In this document: in pieces, positions 14,001-27,416 of the stretch | Layout of the letters: each line of letters starts with the position of its first letter | Numbering within the stretch: position 1 is the first letter of the stretch | Assembly (NCBI GenBank): GCA_010093815.1 | Contig: ML996572.1 | Source of the DNA: Pseudovirgaria hyperparasitica | Lineage: Eukaryota | Direction: 5' to 3' (one strand) | Length of the DNA: 64,000 nt | Position numbers and translations under genes: made by a program | The notes under the pieces: generated by a model | What the model was told of the DNA's origin: nothing | What the model saw: the letters and a program-made list of their open reading frames with translations, nothing else | The model's database searches: none

Positions 14001-15153
14001 CAAGAGCTCCGAGCGCAGCTGCATTTGACGCATCTTGACCTATGAGATTCGCTCTTTGCAACAATTCCATCATACTCTGAATTTCTGTGTCGCCCGTGAG
14101 CTTCGCCTGAGCTTGCAAGATGGCTGGATTGTTGGCGGCCCAACCCTTGTCTCGCATGAAATCTATGCTTCTCTTTAGCACGTTCTGTCGGCTATATATG
14201 GACTCTTCGGATTGGTGGGCGAAGGAGAAAGAATGGAGCGATTCGGAGGGAAAGCGTGTCAGGTCTTCGCTGAAATTGAATGCACCGGGTGAAGTAGGCC
14301 CAGAAGGCAACGTTGACGACGGTCGGCGAGAGGGAGGGAGTGATAGGTTCAAGGATGCTGCACGTGAATTGGATGCAGTGCCGGTGCCTGCATTTGGCTG
14401 TACTCGAAGCGAAGGTTGCTGTCTTATGCGGCGAAGACCTGAGAGACCCAGGCCATGTTCGTGCTCGGGAACTACAGGGGACCTGGAGACCCCAAGAATG
14501 ATTAGAAGGAGAGAAAGAGAGGGGGCACTGGAGAGAGAGAGTCTTGTGCTTTGTTTGCCTTGTCAAGAGCTACGTCGAGTGTTGTGGGCGGGAGCCAAAG
14601 TTCCAGGTAGAAGTGATTGTTGAATGGGAAAGTGGTTGGAGGAAACAACAGCACGTTTAGCACGGGAGGACCCACCTTGTCATACGGTCCATGCTTCCAG
14701 CATCAAAAGACATGCGCTGCCTCTGCGTGTCAACAGACAATTTAGCAGATGAGGCGTGTGCAGGCAGATTGCCTGCGCTTTTTGTCTTTTGCAGAGGGAG
14801 TTCGGCTGCGAGGAGGCCCGGCGAGGGCTGGGATGCGGGTGCGAACGAGGGGCTACTTGAAAATGAGAAGTCTAAATCGCGCCGTGGCATTAGTTAGCAG
14901 ACATTCCGGCGGTACATCAATCAAGCTCTCGTCTCCTCCCGACGACTGAAAAAAAAGCCCTCAAGTTCAGTATCGACGCGTTTGTGTGGTTTTTTTTCGC
15001 GTTGTCGCCTATCAATGACGCCCACACGGCATTGGCGGTCTGATCGACAAGCTCATGGACGGCAAAGAGGCTTGCGCAGGACAGGTGGGAGGAGTAGGAT
15101 CCACGTTCATGGTAGTCAGAGCAGCACTCACCATCATGAGTTGGCAGGCTCAT
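11071..15153 (-). CDS. PAS-domain Ser/Thr kinase (Psk1/Psk2, S. pombe Ppk6 family); exons 15153-15132, 14871-14676, 14482-11424, 11345-11071
   Basis: PAS region (QAIFTTDAKYPWTITSANDLACLVFG); kinase motifs GQGAYG, HRDIKDEN, DFG, spliced GTIDYAAPE and DVWALG. All three introns are phase-compatible GT..AG with branch sites. Confidence 0.93.
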
Positions 15154-16953
15154 CACAATCGAGTCCGCAACTGCGGACGACGGCAGCGAGATCGTGACGG
15201 TGGGAGTCGTGGCAAGCGGTCGGTCTTCGTAGCGTTCGGGTTTGTGCTTGTGTCGCGTTGAAAGGATAGGCCAGCTACCGAGCAAGGGATAGAGGCCCGG
15301 AGAGGGACAGACAGATAGACAGACAGAGATCTATACAACGGCACCGCGAGCACGGAGTAGGGATATGGAAGAAAAAGCAGAGAAGAGGTCGGATGGGGAT
15401 GCCAATTGGGGTGGATTGACTGTGTTCAAGTCTAGATCAGAACAGAACAGCAGCAGTACAGAACAAAGGTATTACTGTATGAGGGTTCCCACGGTTCAGA
15501 CGTCCACTATTCTCACTGGGCTGGTGTTGGGGGGTCTTTTGAGAGGGGGGGAGGGGGGTGTGTCTTGGGGGAGGGGCAAGTAGTAGGCAAATCGGACCCT
15601 GAGGCCTGAGGTAAAACTGGAGACTGGCTGGCTGGGAGTTTTGCACAGTCGACAGCTGGGGAGGACAGGCGACCGAGGGAGAGACCCACAAGAGTCAGCA
15701 ATGCTCGAATCGCGTGGCGGAGAAAATCCCGAGATCTACTAGGAGCACGAGCACTGTCAGAAACGGTGCTGACAGTAGAGTAAGCGTAGGAGTAGGTACC
15801 TCCTATGCAGTAGAAAGTCTTGAAGTACTCTGTCTGCCCTTGGTTACTTAGTTACTACAGATGGTAGACGGATGAAAGGAAGCCCAAACAGGAACCCGGG
15901 AGAAGAAAAGCAGCAATGGATGGCAGAGTGGGAAGGATTCGACACATATGTCTGACTACTGCACGAGGTACGGATCGAGATGGTAATAATACTGGCTGTT
16001 AATTGCTGCTGCTCCTAATAGATGAAGAAAGCTAGCAATGACTTTCGGAGGTTGCTATGACTATATTCCATGTACTTGATTATCGTAGAGTATGCTAGAT
16101 TATCACCATGCATCACTAATGCTCACTCACTGGTAATCTGGTACCTCTACTCACCACTCACAGTGCCCGTCCGCCACGGAGCAGTCTCCTGTTGCTGCAG
16201 GCCGTCAACCACCTCCGCCCTTATAATTTATTATACAGCTCTCGCCATCTTTTGACTTGTCAGTGGCACAAACTTCTCATCCCTTGATTCAAATGTTATG
16301 CCGGTCCGATCGGATTGAGTACCAACCTGTCTGGAGCTGCGTGCGGCGTGTGGCGTGCTGCAGTGCTTGCTGTTCGACTACCGGTGTGCCACGACAGCCC
16401 TCGTGTATTACAAAATGCAGCTCTCAGGCGTCTTACAACAACGACGGCGTCGCCAACAACACCTATTCTGTCACATAACTTCGACTTTGGTTCATCCCTA
16501 TACAAAGCAATGTGCACGTGAGGTTTATGTGAGGAGGCTGTGGCGATGCGGACAATTGCTGCTCCCTCGACTCGTGATGCAGAGAGGCCCGCGTATAGAT
16601 CGTGTAGTCAGTATACTAGAATAGATGGTACGCATGTGACATGTGCTCATCTGATCAATAGTTGGCTGAGCTGAGATGGATGATGGATGATGGGATCCTG
16701 GTTGTGGTTTTGCTTTGTGCTTGTGCTCTATGATCACGGGAGCCCCCCGCTGCACTTTCTCGGCCCGTGCCCGCGAGGCGCCGAGCTGTTACACGAAGCC
16801 TCCGCCAATTGGCTGCATATATACCTCTGTCAGCATTGTTGGGACGCGATCATTATCTATCCACAAACGTCCTTTGACTTTGGTGGTTGGAAGAGCACAT
16901 TCTCGGATCGCTTCGTACTGGACTACCTACTTTCTCTGGCTCGACCAAAGAAT

Positions 16954-18746
16954 TCAGCGTTGTCGAAGCGATCCGTGATGTTCCTCCCAAAAGTTGCGGC
17001 ATGCTATCCAGATCAGCCCCATCCTATCAGTCAAGTGAGTATATACTGTCTAGATTGCTTACCTCGATGCATGCTGGTCTTTTCAATCCACCATTCGCCA
17101 AAGCTGTCGTCCACATCAACGTCGACTTTTGAAACCCTCTCGTTCCGCTTGAGCCCACAGAGTGCGCACTGATGTGGCGCCGTTATGCCGCCCTCACCAT
17201 CTTTGATAATTCTGACTGGCATGGCTTCCTGGATCTCGGGGACGCTACTCAGGTACACAGAGGGGTTGACTGAGTTGACACCTGCAACAACGGATCGCAG
17301 TCTGCCAAGCTGCTCGCGCCATGCTCGGACAACATCGAGCGTCTCTCGGTCTTCTCTAGCTGTTTCACTCTTGTCAACCCCGGTGAGTTTCATTCCGGAA
17401 GTGCCACGTGAAGACGCAGGTCCGATTCGCATGCCTTGGGATAGGTGAGTGTCTCTTTTCCAGCGAGACTTCCTGCCAGCAATGACACGCGCGGCAACGA
17501 TCGCAAGTAGCAAGTAGCCCCGGAGAAACTCGCCTACAGCCGGGTCTGATAATATGCGTTTCTTGAGATTGTGTGATTGAGCAGCCAAGGGTTTGAAAAG
17601 TTTATCTTGGGCAGTGGCGAAGAGTGGTGGGAATACAGACAGGAGAACGGCAGGTGGAGGTACATTTGTTGGTGGCAAGCTTTCTATCGAGGGCTCATAA
17701 CCTAGAGGTGGCTTGATCGAGGATGTTATGCGGGACACACATGTATCTTGCTCAGTATTTGCTGGTTTGGGAGGAGCAGTAGTCGGCTCCCAGTCTGCAA
17801 AATCATCCCATTCTTCGTCCTTGTGTAGAACCTTGGCCTGTGGCGGCCTCGATGCCATAGATGGGTCATCTTGAACACTTCTCTTGGGAGTTGAAATCAG
17901 CCGTTTCGCTAGTGGATGAGATACCGACGCGCTTCCCTTCTGGTGGTCACCTTTACTGCTCTGCTTTCCCGTGACAGGAATCAGAGTATCTGTCGCAGTA
18001 ACAGTAGGTGGTGGGCCAGTGTTCTTCGAATGCAGGCCAAAGCTCAGCACGTTCATGCCGCTGTTGAGGCCCAAGAGATCACTGCCAGTTGCTGTTGGAG
18101 TGACTGACTGCTCCAACGGTGAAGTCACTCCGTCTTCGAAATCTCCAAAGTCATCATCATCCTCATCATTCTCTTGAACTGCGTCAAAGAGGACATCAGG
18201 ATCAGGTGCTATCTTGTCGACCTTAGCCTGCAAAACAGGAGCTGATCTGTCAATACCACTTAGTCTCGTAGGCGACGATGACGAGATATTGCTCCAGTGC
18301 AATGACGATGCTTGGCCTGAGTCGTAGTCCCGCTGTGGAACAGTGGTTTGGTTTTGCTGGATAGTCGATGCGGCAGGTGCAATGTCTAGCAAATCAGGCA
18401 TATACTGATTCAGCGAAGCAAGCGATCTAACCTCACTGGGTGAGTTAGAGTCTTTTGGCTGCTGAGGTGCATCCTCAAAGTCCCCAAAGTCTTCTTCTTC
18501 GTCGTATTCCTCGACGTCTTCCTCAAAGGGTGCTTCAGCTTCATACGCTGAAAGAGCTTCTAGGATCTTTTTCCCAGGCTCAAAAGTCGGACCATGTGGA
18601 CCGCGAGGCTTTGCAGCCTCAGATGCTTGGAATGCCTCGAAAGAAAAGGCGTTCTTGTTGTTCGACGCAGGCTTCTTCTGCTGTGGCGGGGCAGCTGGAC
18701 GCTGTTCGGAAGGATTTCCAAACGCCTCTAGTAGGTCGGACGACAT
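16954..18746 (-). CDS. Hypothetical protein with acidic DDFGDF motifs and a C-terminal Cys/His motif; intron 17062-17004
   Basis: 571-aa ORF plus spliced last exon (SMHR|ACRNFWEEHHGSLRQR*); C-terminal CALCGLKR...H..C suggests Zn binding. Confidence 0.85.
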
Positions 18747-19801
18747 GCAGCTACCTTATCACTGGCGCTGGATAGATGGTATCCAGGGAAATGCTTGTGG
18801 TTTCAAAACAATAAACCAGGGCTTGGATGGATGGCATCCGCAACATCTCTCTCGCGTTTGATGACAAGGACGTGCCTAATAAGCGGGACTAGGCTGTTCC
18901 AAGACTAGCGTCAGACCAGAGGCAGATTAACGACGTTTCATACAACAACAGTCAGTAGGACTCACTAAAACTCAAGAAACTTTGACCAATCATGTAGCCT
19001 TATGAAGTACTATGATTCGTCTTATGTTCGAAAAGTAGAGACTTCTTCTGCATCTTTGCTCACCCTGCGCTGCAAACTAAAACTGATAACAATATGATTT
19101 AGGTATGGAAGTTATAGGTACACGTCGTGAGAACTTGACTGAAAAGAGGAATTAGTAGCTTTTCGCGACCTATGACCACTATTTCCCGGTCCAGCTTTCA
19201 GATTTCTTGTTTCTCCCTACTCCCATTTCACATATAGCTTCCTTAACATCTGTAACAGAATGGCAGAAGCCAGCTACGATATTGCATCTGGCAGATACTG
19301 GTTTCTTACAGTGGGTCATACATTACAGAGTTGTCTGCCCGTAAGATTCTCTCTGTGACGGCATGAAACCCTAATGCAATATCGTTAGCCTCAAACACTA
19401 AGGGATCGGCTTACATCTTGAGGGCGACTCGGCATCTACGCATGCAGTCCAGAACATGTTTGTCACTATAATAGCATGGAAATAACTTAACGAGTCAGAG
19501 CAAGTGGGTTTATGAAACAATCTGCCCTTTTGAGCCACTCAGAACCGTCGGTCACCACCTAACCTCTGTAATGGTAGGATCACAGCTATAGCATGGCCTT
19601 CAATTCTTTGCGGGGTACCGCTCCGGAGTAGTCCGGACTCAATCTAGTACTGACAACCGCTGGGTTTCAAACGTGGAGTGTAATGCCCGTCATCGGACGA
19701 GATATAAGGCTGTAACACTTGGCAATGCCATGACTAGGTCATATACTCATAACTAGAGGAGATAGCCTTCACAAACCGAGCGGGACTCTTCACTGATCAC
19801 C

Positions 19802-21187
19802 ATGGGTATACTCAAGGTCCTCACAGCTCTCCTCTCGACTGCAGCAGTCGCCAGTGCTGGCGATGTACTTGCCCACGTCATCGTAAGCCGAATCCATTCA
19901 TGACAGTCCCCGATCACACCTTAACTTCCTCAGATTGGCAATGTCGACTCATACTCCGTCAATCAATGGTCCTCCGAGATCAAAATCGCCCAAGCCGCCC
20001 GCATCGACGGCTTCATCCTGAACACCGCCGCCGACAAGGCAACCCACGAGTCCACCATCGCAAACGCCTTCACCGCTGCAGAATATCTCAACTTCAAGCT
20101 CGCCTTCAGCTTCGACTACCTCGCCCAAGGCCCCTGGGCTCCCCACGACGTCACCGACCTCCTGAACCGCTACGGCCAGCGTAAAGCCCACTTCAAAGTC
20201 AACGGCGCCCCGCTCGTCAGCACCTTCGAAGGCCCCGGCAAATCCGGCGACTGGCCATCCATCCGCGCCTCCGTAAAAGGCGGCATACACTTCGTCCCAG
20301 CCTGGACATCTCTCGGCCCCTCCGGCTTCGCCGCCGACGACAAGATCGGCGTCACAGACGGCGCCTTCAGCTGGGACATGTGGCCGCGCGGCGCACACGA
20401 CGTCTCCGCCGCCCAGGACCACAGCTGGAAGAAGACCGTCGCAGACAAGACCTTCATGATGGGCGTCTCGCCCTGGTTCTACACCCGGCTGCCGAGCTTC
20501 GGCAAGGCCTGGCTGTGGCGCGGCGACGACATGTGGCACCAGCGCTGGCAGCAGGTCCTGGACGTCCAGCCGGACATTGTCCAGATCGTCACCTGGAACG
20601 ACTATGGCGAGAGCCACTATATTGGCCCGCGGACGGGCGCCGTGCCGCCCGGTGCGGACGCATACGTCAACGACATGCCGCACGACGGCTTCCGCGACTT
20701 GCTCCCTTACTACATTGCGCGCTACAAGGGCGAGTATCCGCGTGTCGCTGAGGACAAGATCAATATGTGGTATCGTCTGACTGCCGGCGAGGCCGGTGAC
20801 GTGGGCGGCGTGACGGGCAATAACTGCCCGTCATCGATCAACAAATTCCCCGATGGCAGCACTTGCGTGGACCCCAAGCTTGTTGCGCAGGACAAGGTGT
20901 TTGTTACCGCGCTGCTGAAGGCGCCGGGCTCCGTCACGGTTCAGATCGGTGATAATCCTGCCGTCACGCATACGTTCTCGGCGGCGGGTGCGCAACATAC
21001 TAGTCAGAGCATGAATGGGCAGACTGGCGCGGTGAAGGTGCACGTTGTGAGGGACGGCGCCACGGCGGCGAGTGCTACGGGTACGCCCATCTTGGCGAGG
21101 CCGAAGGGGCAGGTTGTGAATTTCAATGTGTGGAATGGTGGGAGTAAGAGTAAGGCTGGGAAGAGAGCGGAGACTTTCCAGGCGTAG
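19802..21187 (+). CDS. Secreted glycoside hydrolase family 71 alpha-1,3-glucanase (mutanase); intron 19883-19933
   Basis: Signal peptide MGILKVLTALLSTAAVASA; GH71 motifs VLAHVIIGN, IDGFILN, FSFDY, PLVSTFEG, MMGVSPWFYT, VQIVTWNDYGESHYIG and MPHDG. Confidence 0.95.
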
Positions 21188-23126
21188 GCAGGCCTATGTG
21201 AAGGGAGTGCTCGGGCAGTGCTCCTAAGGCGTCCAGCCAACCACCCAGTATCAGTTCGTATGTACATATTTGAACTCATAAATAGATCGCCCTGTGCCAT
21301 GGTCTGTTCTGCACGATATCCACAACGCTCTTTTGCTCAGCCCCTATCCCCACTTTCTCGATCAAGCACACCTAAGGTTTGCCTATACACTATTCTACCA
21401 TCGACATTTTCATGTTTACAACATGCAAAGAGCGTGGAATTCGACACATCTGTTAGTCTATCTAACCACACAGCAGAAACAGAGGCACACAAATCTTATG
21501 AAGCTCTATCAAACAAACATCCCAAACGCTGGTTATTTGGGGGGATTTGAATAGTCTGGAGAGTGAAACGAATATGAAATCGCTGGGCTTGGCTTGATTG
21601 ACGTCTCAGGTAGGATGTATGCATACATGTACATATAACCAACACTAACGGCGCAAACGTCTCGAAAGAATGTCGTATACTCCACATTGGCTGCTTAACA
21701 GCATTCAGTAGATGACTATGTATCACACGAATAAGTCGCTAGCTCAATGAGAGGAGTGCGGAAAGCGGTATTATAGGGCTCTCAGATATCCGTATATTTA
21801 GAGGAAGCATATGGCTATGCGTTTTCCAATGGACGATGCGAGGTCGCAAGCTTGAAGGACCAGTATTCATGCACAGGGCACCGCGCTATGATACAGCACA
21901 TAACAAGGAACACGCAACACACAACTGACGTCGAGCGAATGGATGTCTACATATATCCCAAGAGGTACAAGTAACAAGTTCTGATAAGACCAGCAGAAGA
22001 GTCCCTAGTCAACGCTGGAAGTAGGGAGCGAGGGTAGGGAGAGTGAGCGTGTTAGTAGCAGAGGTAGATTCGATAGAACACCATCACAAAAGATATTCTT
22101 CGTCTCCAAGCAGCGAGAACGTGTATTGAAATACCACGGATCGCGCGTCTTCACGCCCGGACATTGATATTCTTGGATTATATCCTGAGATCCGTGAGCT
22201 GAAATTCTGAGCGGAGGATATATCACTGGAAACCGGCTATAGCATCCTGACGACAGCAGCCTTATACGTCAATTCTCAGTACCGACGCCGGATTTCACCG
22301 CTCTGATCTTCATGGCAGGTGGGATGATAGCTAATGATATACGCTAGCAGAAGCATATAGATAATGACATCTTCGCAGCTCACTTTTATTCGTCACAAAC
22401 CATCACATGCAAGTTGCCCGCACAGCCGGCAGCAGCAGCGCCATAGGCTCGAATGTAAATGTCTTTGTCGTCCCTGGTATATCAAGATGCATCTGACAGC
22501 ATGCACGATCCGATCGCCACTGCGGAAGGATCCGGGTTCAACGTCGTCGTACGAATTGCTTAAAACCGACTATGAAAGGCCCAGCATCTCGAGGCTATAA
22601 TGCTATGTACGTATGGATGGATGGGTGGTCAGCATCCGCAGAATCAATGCGTAAAATCTCCACACCACACTCATCTGCTGATCACATCGCACTGGATCTC
22701 ACGATAGACGCTTAGTAGGGGGCGGTCAAACGGGACGCATTGATGCAGCTGATGCCCTCGGCGATGCAAGTTGACAAAACAAGAGCAAGTGAAAAGACCA
22801 CGCAATGACGTTCTGTGCGTCGTGGGAAACGTAAGATATATTGGTGTCCTGGCGGTGCTAAGCACAGATGGGGTAGCATCTGACCGTCAGATTTCCCATC
22901 TCACTCACACATTACCTTCCATAAGAAGCGGATACGTATGCGCTGGCCGTCGCACAACTCCCCCCTCTCCCCCAAAGCTCGCATGATGTTGCCGCGCGCC
23001 TCTGCCGATCCGGGGTATTGCGAGTTTTAGGTGCTTACCCACGTACACAGTTTTTGGTGCCACTACATTCTGCAGGCCCTGCAACCACGCCCTTACATGC
23101 CGCATGCACATCTTGTTCTACATGTT

Positions 23127-24395
23127 CTACTTCCAGAATACCCTGCCCTCCATGATTCGCCGTGCCGTGCGGTATACCGTCGCACAGGCCAAGCGGCCAT
23201 CACTTTCGAATTGCGCGCCAACGAGCAGTTTTCCACTGGCGTGGCCTACAGTGATGCCCGCGGGGTCCACGAGCTCCTGCTGAACACAGGCAGCGACAAC
23301 ACTGCCAGGCACGCGAGCAGCGGCCGCGATGGAGAGTGCAACGGTGATGGGCACGGCTTTATGCGGCTGCCCGACGGAGAGCGCACGTATGAGCAGATCG
23401 ACTGTTTCGGCGGTTTGGTTTTGTGAGATAGCTCGTGAGTTAGTTGCTGGAGGACCCACGAGGCCAATTTTAGGTACGCTTCCGGGGACAGCTGCGGGGG
23501 AGTCTGCAATTCCCATGGCGACACCTGCTTGACGACGGAGACTGTTGAGTTGGGAGAGAAGAACCGGGTGGGTATCAATCTCGTCGGGGGTGATGTTAGC
23601 TTCGACGTTGAGGTCTGCTGCTCTGACGAAGCAGCAGGGATTGCCGACATCGATACAGGTCACATTGATGCCATCGAAGACGTCGACAGGATTGCCAGTG
23701 GGAAGCAACTTCCCAGTTCGTGAGCCAGCAGGGTCAACAAAGTCCAGTTGTATTCTTGCAGCATGGCCAGATACGCCATCGATTGCGAACTCTCCAGATG
23801 ACGCAGCTTCAGAGCCGTCGTCTGAGATGAGGAACGTTGAGTGGATGATCTTTCCCGTGTTCGTGTTGTGAATCCGCACTGTTGTTGTGTTGTCTGACCC
23901 AGTAGTCTGAACATCTACCAGGCGCTCATCGACAGCAAAGGGCCCAACTGCACTGGTCATATTGCCACAATTGCTCGAATAGTCGACGTCATCATCCTTG
24001 ATCCCAAGGGCCACAAAGGTGTAGTCCACATCTGCATCCTCTCGAGATGATTTACCGACGACACAGATCTTGGAAAGACTCGAAATGCCACCACCAAGGC
24101 CATCCAGCTGACGACCATGCGGATCAGGGCTCCCAATCACACCGCGAAAGATGTCAGACCACTCTCCCCGGTTCTTGGGAAGATCATGTTGCTTGAAGAA
24201 GACAGCTCGTGAGGTTCCGCCACGGTAGTACGCTGCGGGTAAGCTGTTTTGGGGCCTGACAGCTTGATAAGACTGGGCCGTCGAGAACGATCGTGACATA
24301 AAAGAGTGAAAGTGAAAGGAGTGTGATCTGCTTCCAGCAAGGGGTAAAGCAAGGCGGCTGTGCAATCTCATTATCCGCATAGCGTAGTTTGCCAT
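23127..24395 (-). CDS. PrpF/DUF453-family isomerase (2-methylaconitate/aconitate-type), probable mitochondrial presequence
   Basis: Motifs YYRGGTSR, QLDGLGGGISSLSK, DYSSNCGN, IDVGNP, GHASG and YRTARRIMEG; Arg/Ser-rich N-terminus; the start ATG is uncertain. Confidence 0.92.
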   Translation of the reverse strand: MANYAMRIMRLHSRLALPLAGSRSHSFHFHSFMSRSFSTAQSYQAVRPQNSLPAAYYRGGTSRAVFFKQHDLPKNRGEWSDIFRGVIGSPDPHGRQLDGLGGGISSLSKICVVGKSSREDADVDYTFVALGIKDDDVDYSSNCGNMTSAVGPFAVDERLVDVQTTGSDNTTTVRIHNTNTGKIIHSTFLISDDGSEAASSGEFAIDGVSGHAARIQLDFVDPAGSRTGKLLPTGNPVDVFDGINVTCIDVGNPCCFVRAADLNVEANITPDEIDTHPVLLSQLNSLRRQAGVAMGIADSPAAVPGSVPKIGLVGPPATNSRAISQNQTAETVDLLIRALSVGQPHKAVPITVALSIAAAARVPGSVVAACVQQELVDPAGITVGHASGKLLVGAQFESDGRLACATVYRTARRIMEGRVFWK

Positions 24396-25117
24396 GAAAG
24401 AGAATCTTTTGCGCCGCACCCTGGACAGATGCTGTTCAACCTTTGATATCTAGATGAACCAAGGACAATTGAGGAGAAGGTTCACATGGTGTGTAGTCCA
24501 GCAGAAGGTGAAACGCAGCCAATCCGGCAGTGTCCTAGAAATAGTGCTGTTGGTCGACGTTGGGAGAATGTCCGGATGCGGTTTGGCTGCCGTTTTTGCT
24601 GCGTTTAGGATGGATCGGACCCGCCCCGCCCGTCAAGCTGCTGGCACGGGCGGAAAACACCCGCAAACGAAATAACAACAACGAGTCATCAGATGCTGCA
24701 ATGCTGCACTCCAATGTTCGTATTATTCCTGACACGCAATCACGCTCTCTATTGCGCCCATCCATGACTATCCATACAGTGAGTCGTCGTACAAATGCCA
24801 CATGAGCCTGTCATCTCGGAAGCATCTAATTGCTTGCCTGTCTGGGAATAGACGCAGACAGCCTCTTCTAAGCACCGATTGCGAAGCAAGGTATGGAGTG
24901 AGCAAGGTCGGGAAGTATGGCTGGGTTCCCTTCGCCGCCTGTGCCTGCTTTGAAACAGAAGTGTGAACGAAATTGACGTACGTTTTGTGCATCGTAAGGG
25001 CGTTGTATTGAAACATGTATAAGTAGCCCATGCTCATCAGAGAAATATGCTGTGCCGCAGCAACATTACTATCCAGTATTCCCACTTCACTTCTTATCCG
25101 CATCTTTCTTCTCAATC

Positions 25118-26002
25118 ATGCATTCGACCTATATTCTTTTGCTGGCTTGTTTGGGCTTTGCCATGGTGCAAGCTAGCCCCATATCAAAGCCACAAGACCT
25201 CTTTGGGCGTGGGAAGCAGCTCGCCGAGCTTTGTGGCGACGCCCAATACTACCGAACATCCAACGGATATGGTCTCAATAACAATGCTTGGGGTGCGGGC
25301 TCAGCGACGGGGGGCTCGCAGTGTACATGGTTCCAGGCCCTGACCAAGAAGGGTGTTGCCTGGCGCTCGACCTGGGAATGGCAAGGTGGTGAGGGCATGG
25401 TGAAGAGTTATCCATACGCTGGCAAGGTCTTTACTCCAAAAATTATCGACAAATTTACTACTATGGGCTCCTATCTCGCCTGGAGTTACGACAACGAAGA
25501 TATTGTCGCCGATGTTGCATACGATCTGTTTAGCAACTCAGACCCCAAGGGCGGTACCACCAACGGCGAGTTCGAAGTAATGATCTGGTAACACGTTCAA
25601 GTCTCTGCCATAACACCCGCTAACCGATATTTTAGGCTGGCGGCGTATGGTGGAGCAAGACCTATCTCGGAAAGCGGCTCCCCGGTAGCAAGTCCAAAAA
25701 TCGAAGGTTATACATGGGATCTGTATGATGGCTACAACGGGGATATGCACGTCTACTCCTTTGTCGTTAAGGATGGCCCGATAAGAAAATTTGGCGCCGA
25801 CGTCAAGAAGTTCTACACGTGGCTTGCCCAGAACAAGGCTTTCCCTATTGCCTCTCAATACCTCATGAGTAAGTGTTCGCCTATCTCTTGATTGCGTGTG
25901 ATCACTGACTCGGCCGTCCTAGCCTTTCAAGCGGGTACGGAGCCCTTTAAGGGCTACAGAACCACTTTCAGCGTCGGAGAATTTAACGCTATCCTGAGTT
26001 GA
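25118..26002 (+). CDS. Secreted glycoside hydrolase family 12 endoglucanase/xyloglucanase; introns 25588-25635 and 25869-25922
   Basis: Signal peptide; motifs NNNAWG, VKSYPY, ADVAYDLF, EVMIWL (nucleophile Glu) and FQAGTEPF (acid/base Glu) after splicing. Confidence 0.95.
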
Positions 26003-26088
26003 ACCGGCCGAGAGCGCCAATCCTTGCTGGCCACAAGTGATGCCATCACTATCTGTCTTTTTTATACCATGGCATTAAGCGATCTGGA

Positions 26089-27204
26089 TCATGGCGTTTT
26101 GTTTTGGCCTTCGAGAATGTCCTTGATACTAACCATCCCACTGCCTCGCTCGAGAGGTTCCTGTTGATTTGGGCCAGGTTTCCACCCGATCATGTAAATT
26201 AGTCTAAAGGTTGCAGGAATGCTTCCGTCCTCGTTGCCATGCATCTCTTTGTATATAGCTTCCGCCGCCATCAAAGTATCTCTTCGAATCGCTCCCATCT
26301 CTCGTGACACCACTGCATTAGACTCTCCCATGGCTTGCAAATCCTTCATTAGAGCAAAGCTAGATGGATAGTCCACAACAATGTCGTCCACGTCTACAGT
26401 CAAGAGCTTAAATCCTGCTCCTTGTAGAAGTCCGCCGATATCACGAACGTCTGCAAGAGGAGAGGTATGCGAGCCTACACCTCCTCGTGTGTCAAGCTCT
26501 GCGAGCTGCAGTGATGTGCGCAGCTCGAACAACGAATCGCCACCAAGCATGACCCCCATGAAAGGAGCGTCAGGTTTCAGAATAAGGTTGATCTGCCGGA
26601 GAAGGTTTGGGAGATCGTTGATCCAATGTAACGACAGACTGCTCAGCACAGCATCGAATGTTTCAGCACCATACGGCAGTGTTTCCTCAGTCTTCAACAC
26701 ATCTCTAATGATATCAATTTCGTTGTTGAAAGGCAGGTCCTCGTCTCGATAGAGCATAGATGGGGACGAATCCGCGGCTGTCAATTTACCAATACGAGTC
26801 TTAAGTGGCGCAGAAACTGGGGCTGTCGAGTCTATGTCGATACCCGGCAGCGTGAGAGTACGCGCGATGTTGCAAGCATTTGCACCAAAGTCGAGTACAT
26901 GTGGGAAGTTGCGATTGATGTCCTGCCAGAGAATCAGCTTTCAAGTTGGAATCACCGTCAGGGCCTTACTCACAAGTAGTCTCTCACATAAACGCGATGC
27001 CACTTCGTCTCTTATATAGTCAACACTTCGGCTTTCCTCAACATTAGATGCGCTTTTGTCCCGTTGTAACCACTTTGTATGTCGATTGAAGACTTCCAAG
27101 GTGGGAGCTCCCGGGGCCTGTATAGCATAGCTTCGAGCAGTAGTAAATGTCGCAGGACGCAGGCAATTGCGTCTCACCGAACGGGGCAACAACGAGGATC
27201 TCAT
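26089..27204 (-). CDS. NDUFAF5: NADH dehydrogenase complex I assembly factor NDUFAF5 (SAM-dependent methyltransferase fold); intron 26973-26923
   Basis: Mitochondrial presequence; motifs VFNRHTKWLQRD, DFGANAC, SSLSLHWINDLP, LMKDLQAMGESNA and PATFRLIYMIGWK. Confidence 0.93.
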
Positions 27205-27416
27205 ATTGGAATCTCACTAGACAAACAGGCACAAATAAAGGGAGCTTTACCATCCAGTATCGCAATCATGAGTCGCAGAACAGAGAAGACTGGAGGTTGA
27301 CGCGTGACGTCGACGATAAATGTTTCAAACGCACGGACCCGCCTACTCGCGTCCCCGGACTCCTTCCGCGTCTGAAAACATTCGACGCCGTCCGTTGTCG
27401 AGCGTCAGCGCTCAAC

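Noticed and set aside
21700..22860. Possible decayed secreted-protein gene on the minus strand (VVFSLALVLSTCIAEG…)
   Set aside because: Only short open stretches, no start codon, no consistent splicing and no recognisable motif
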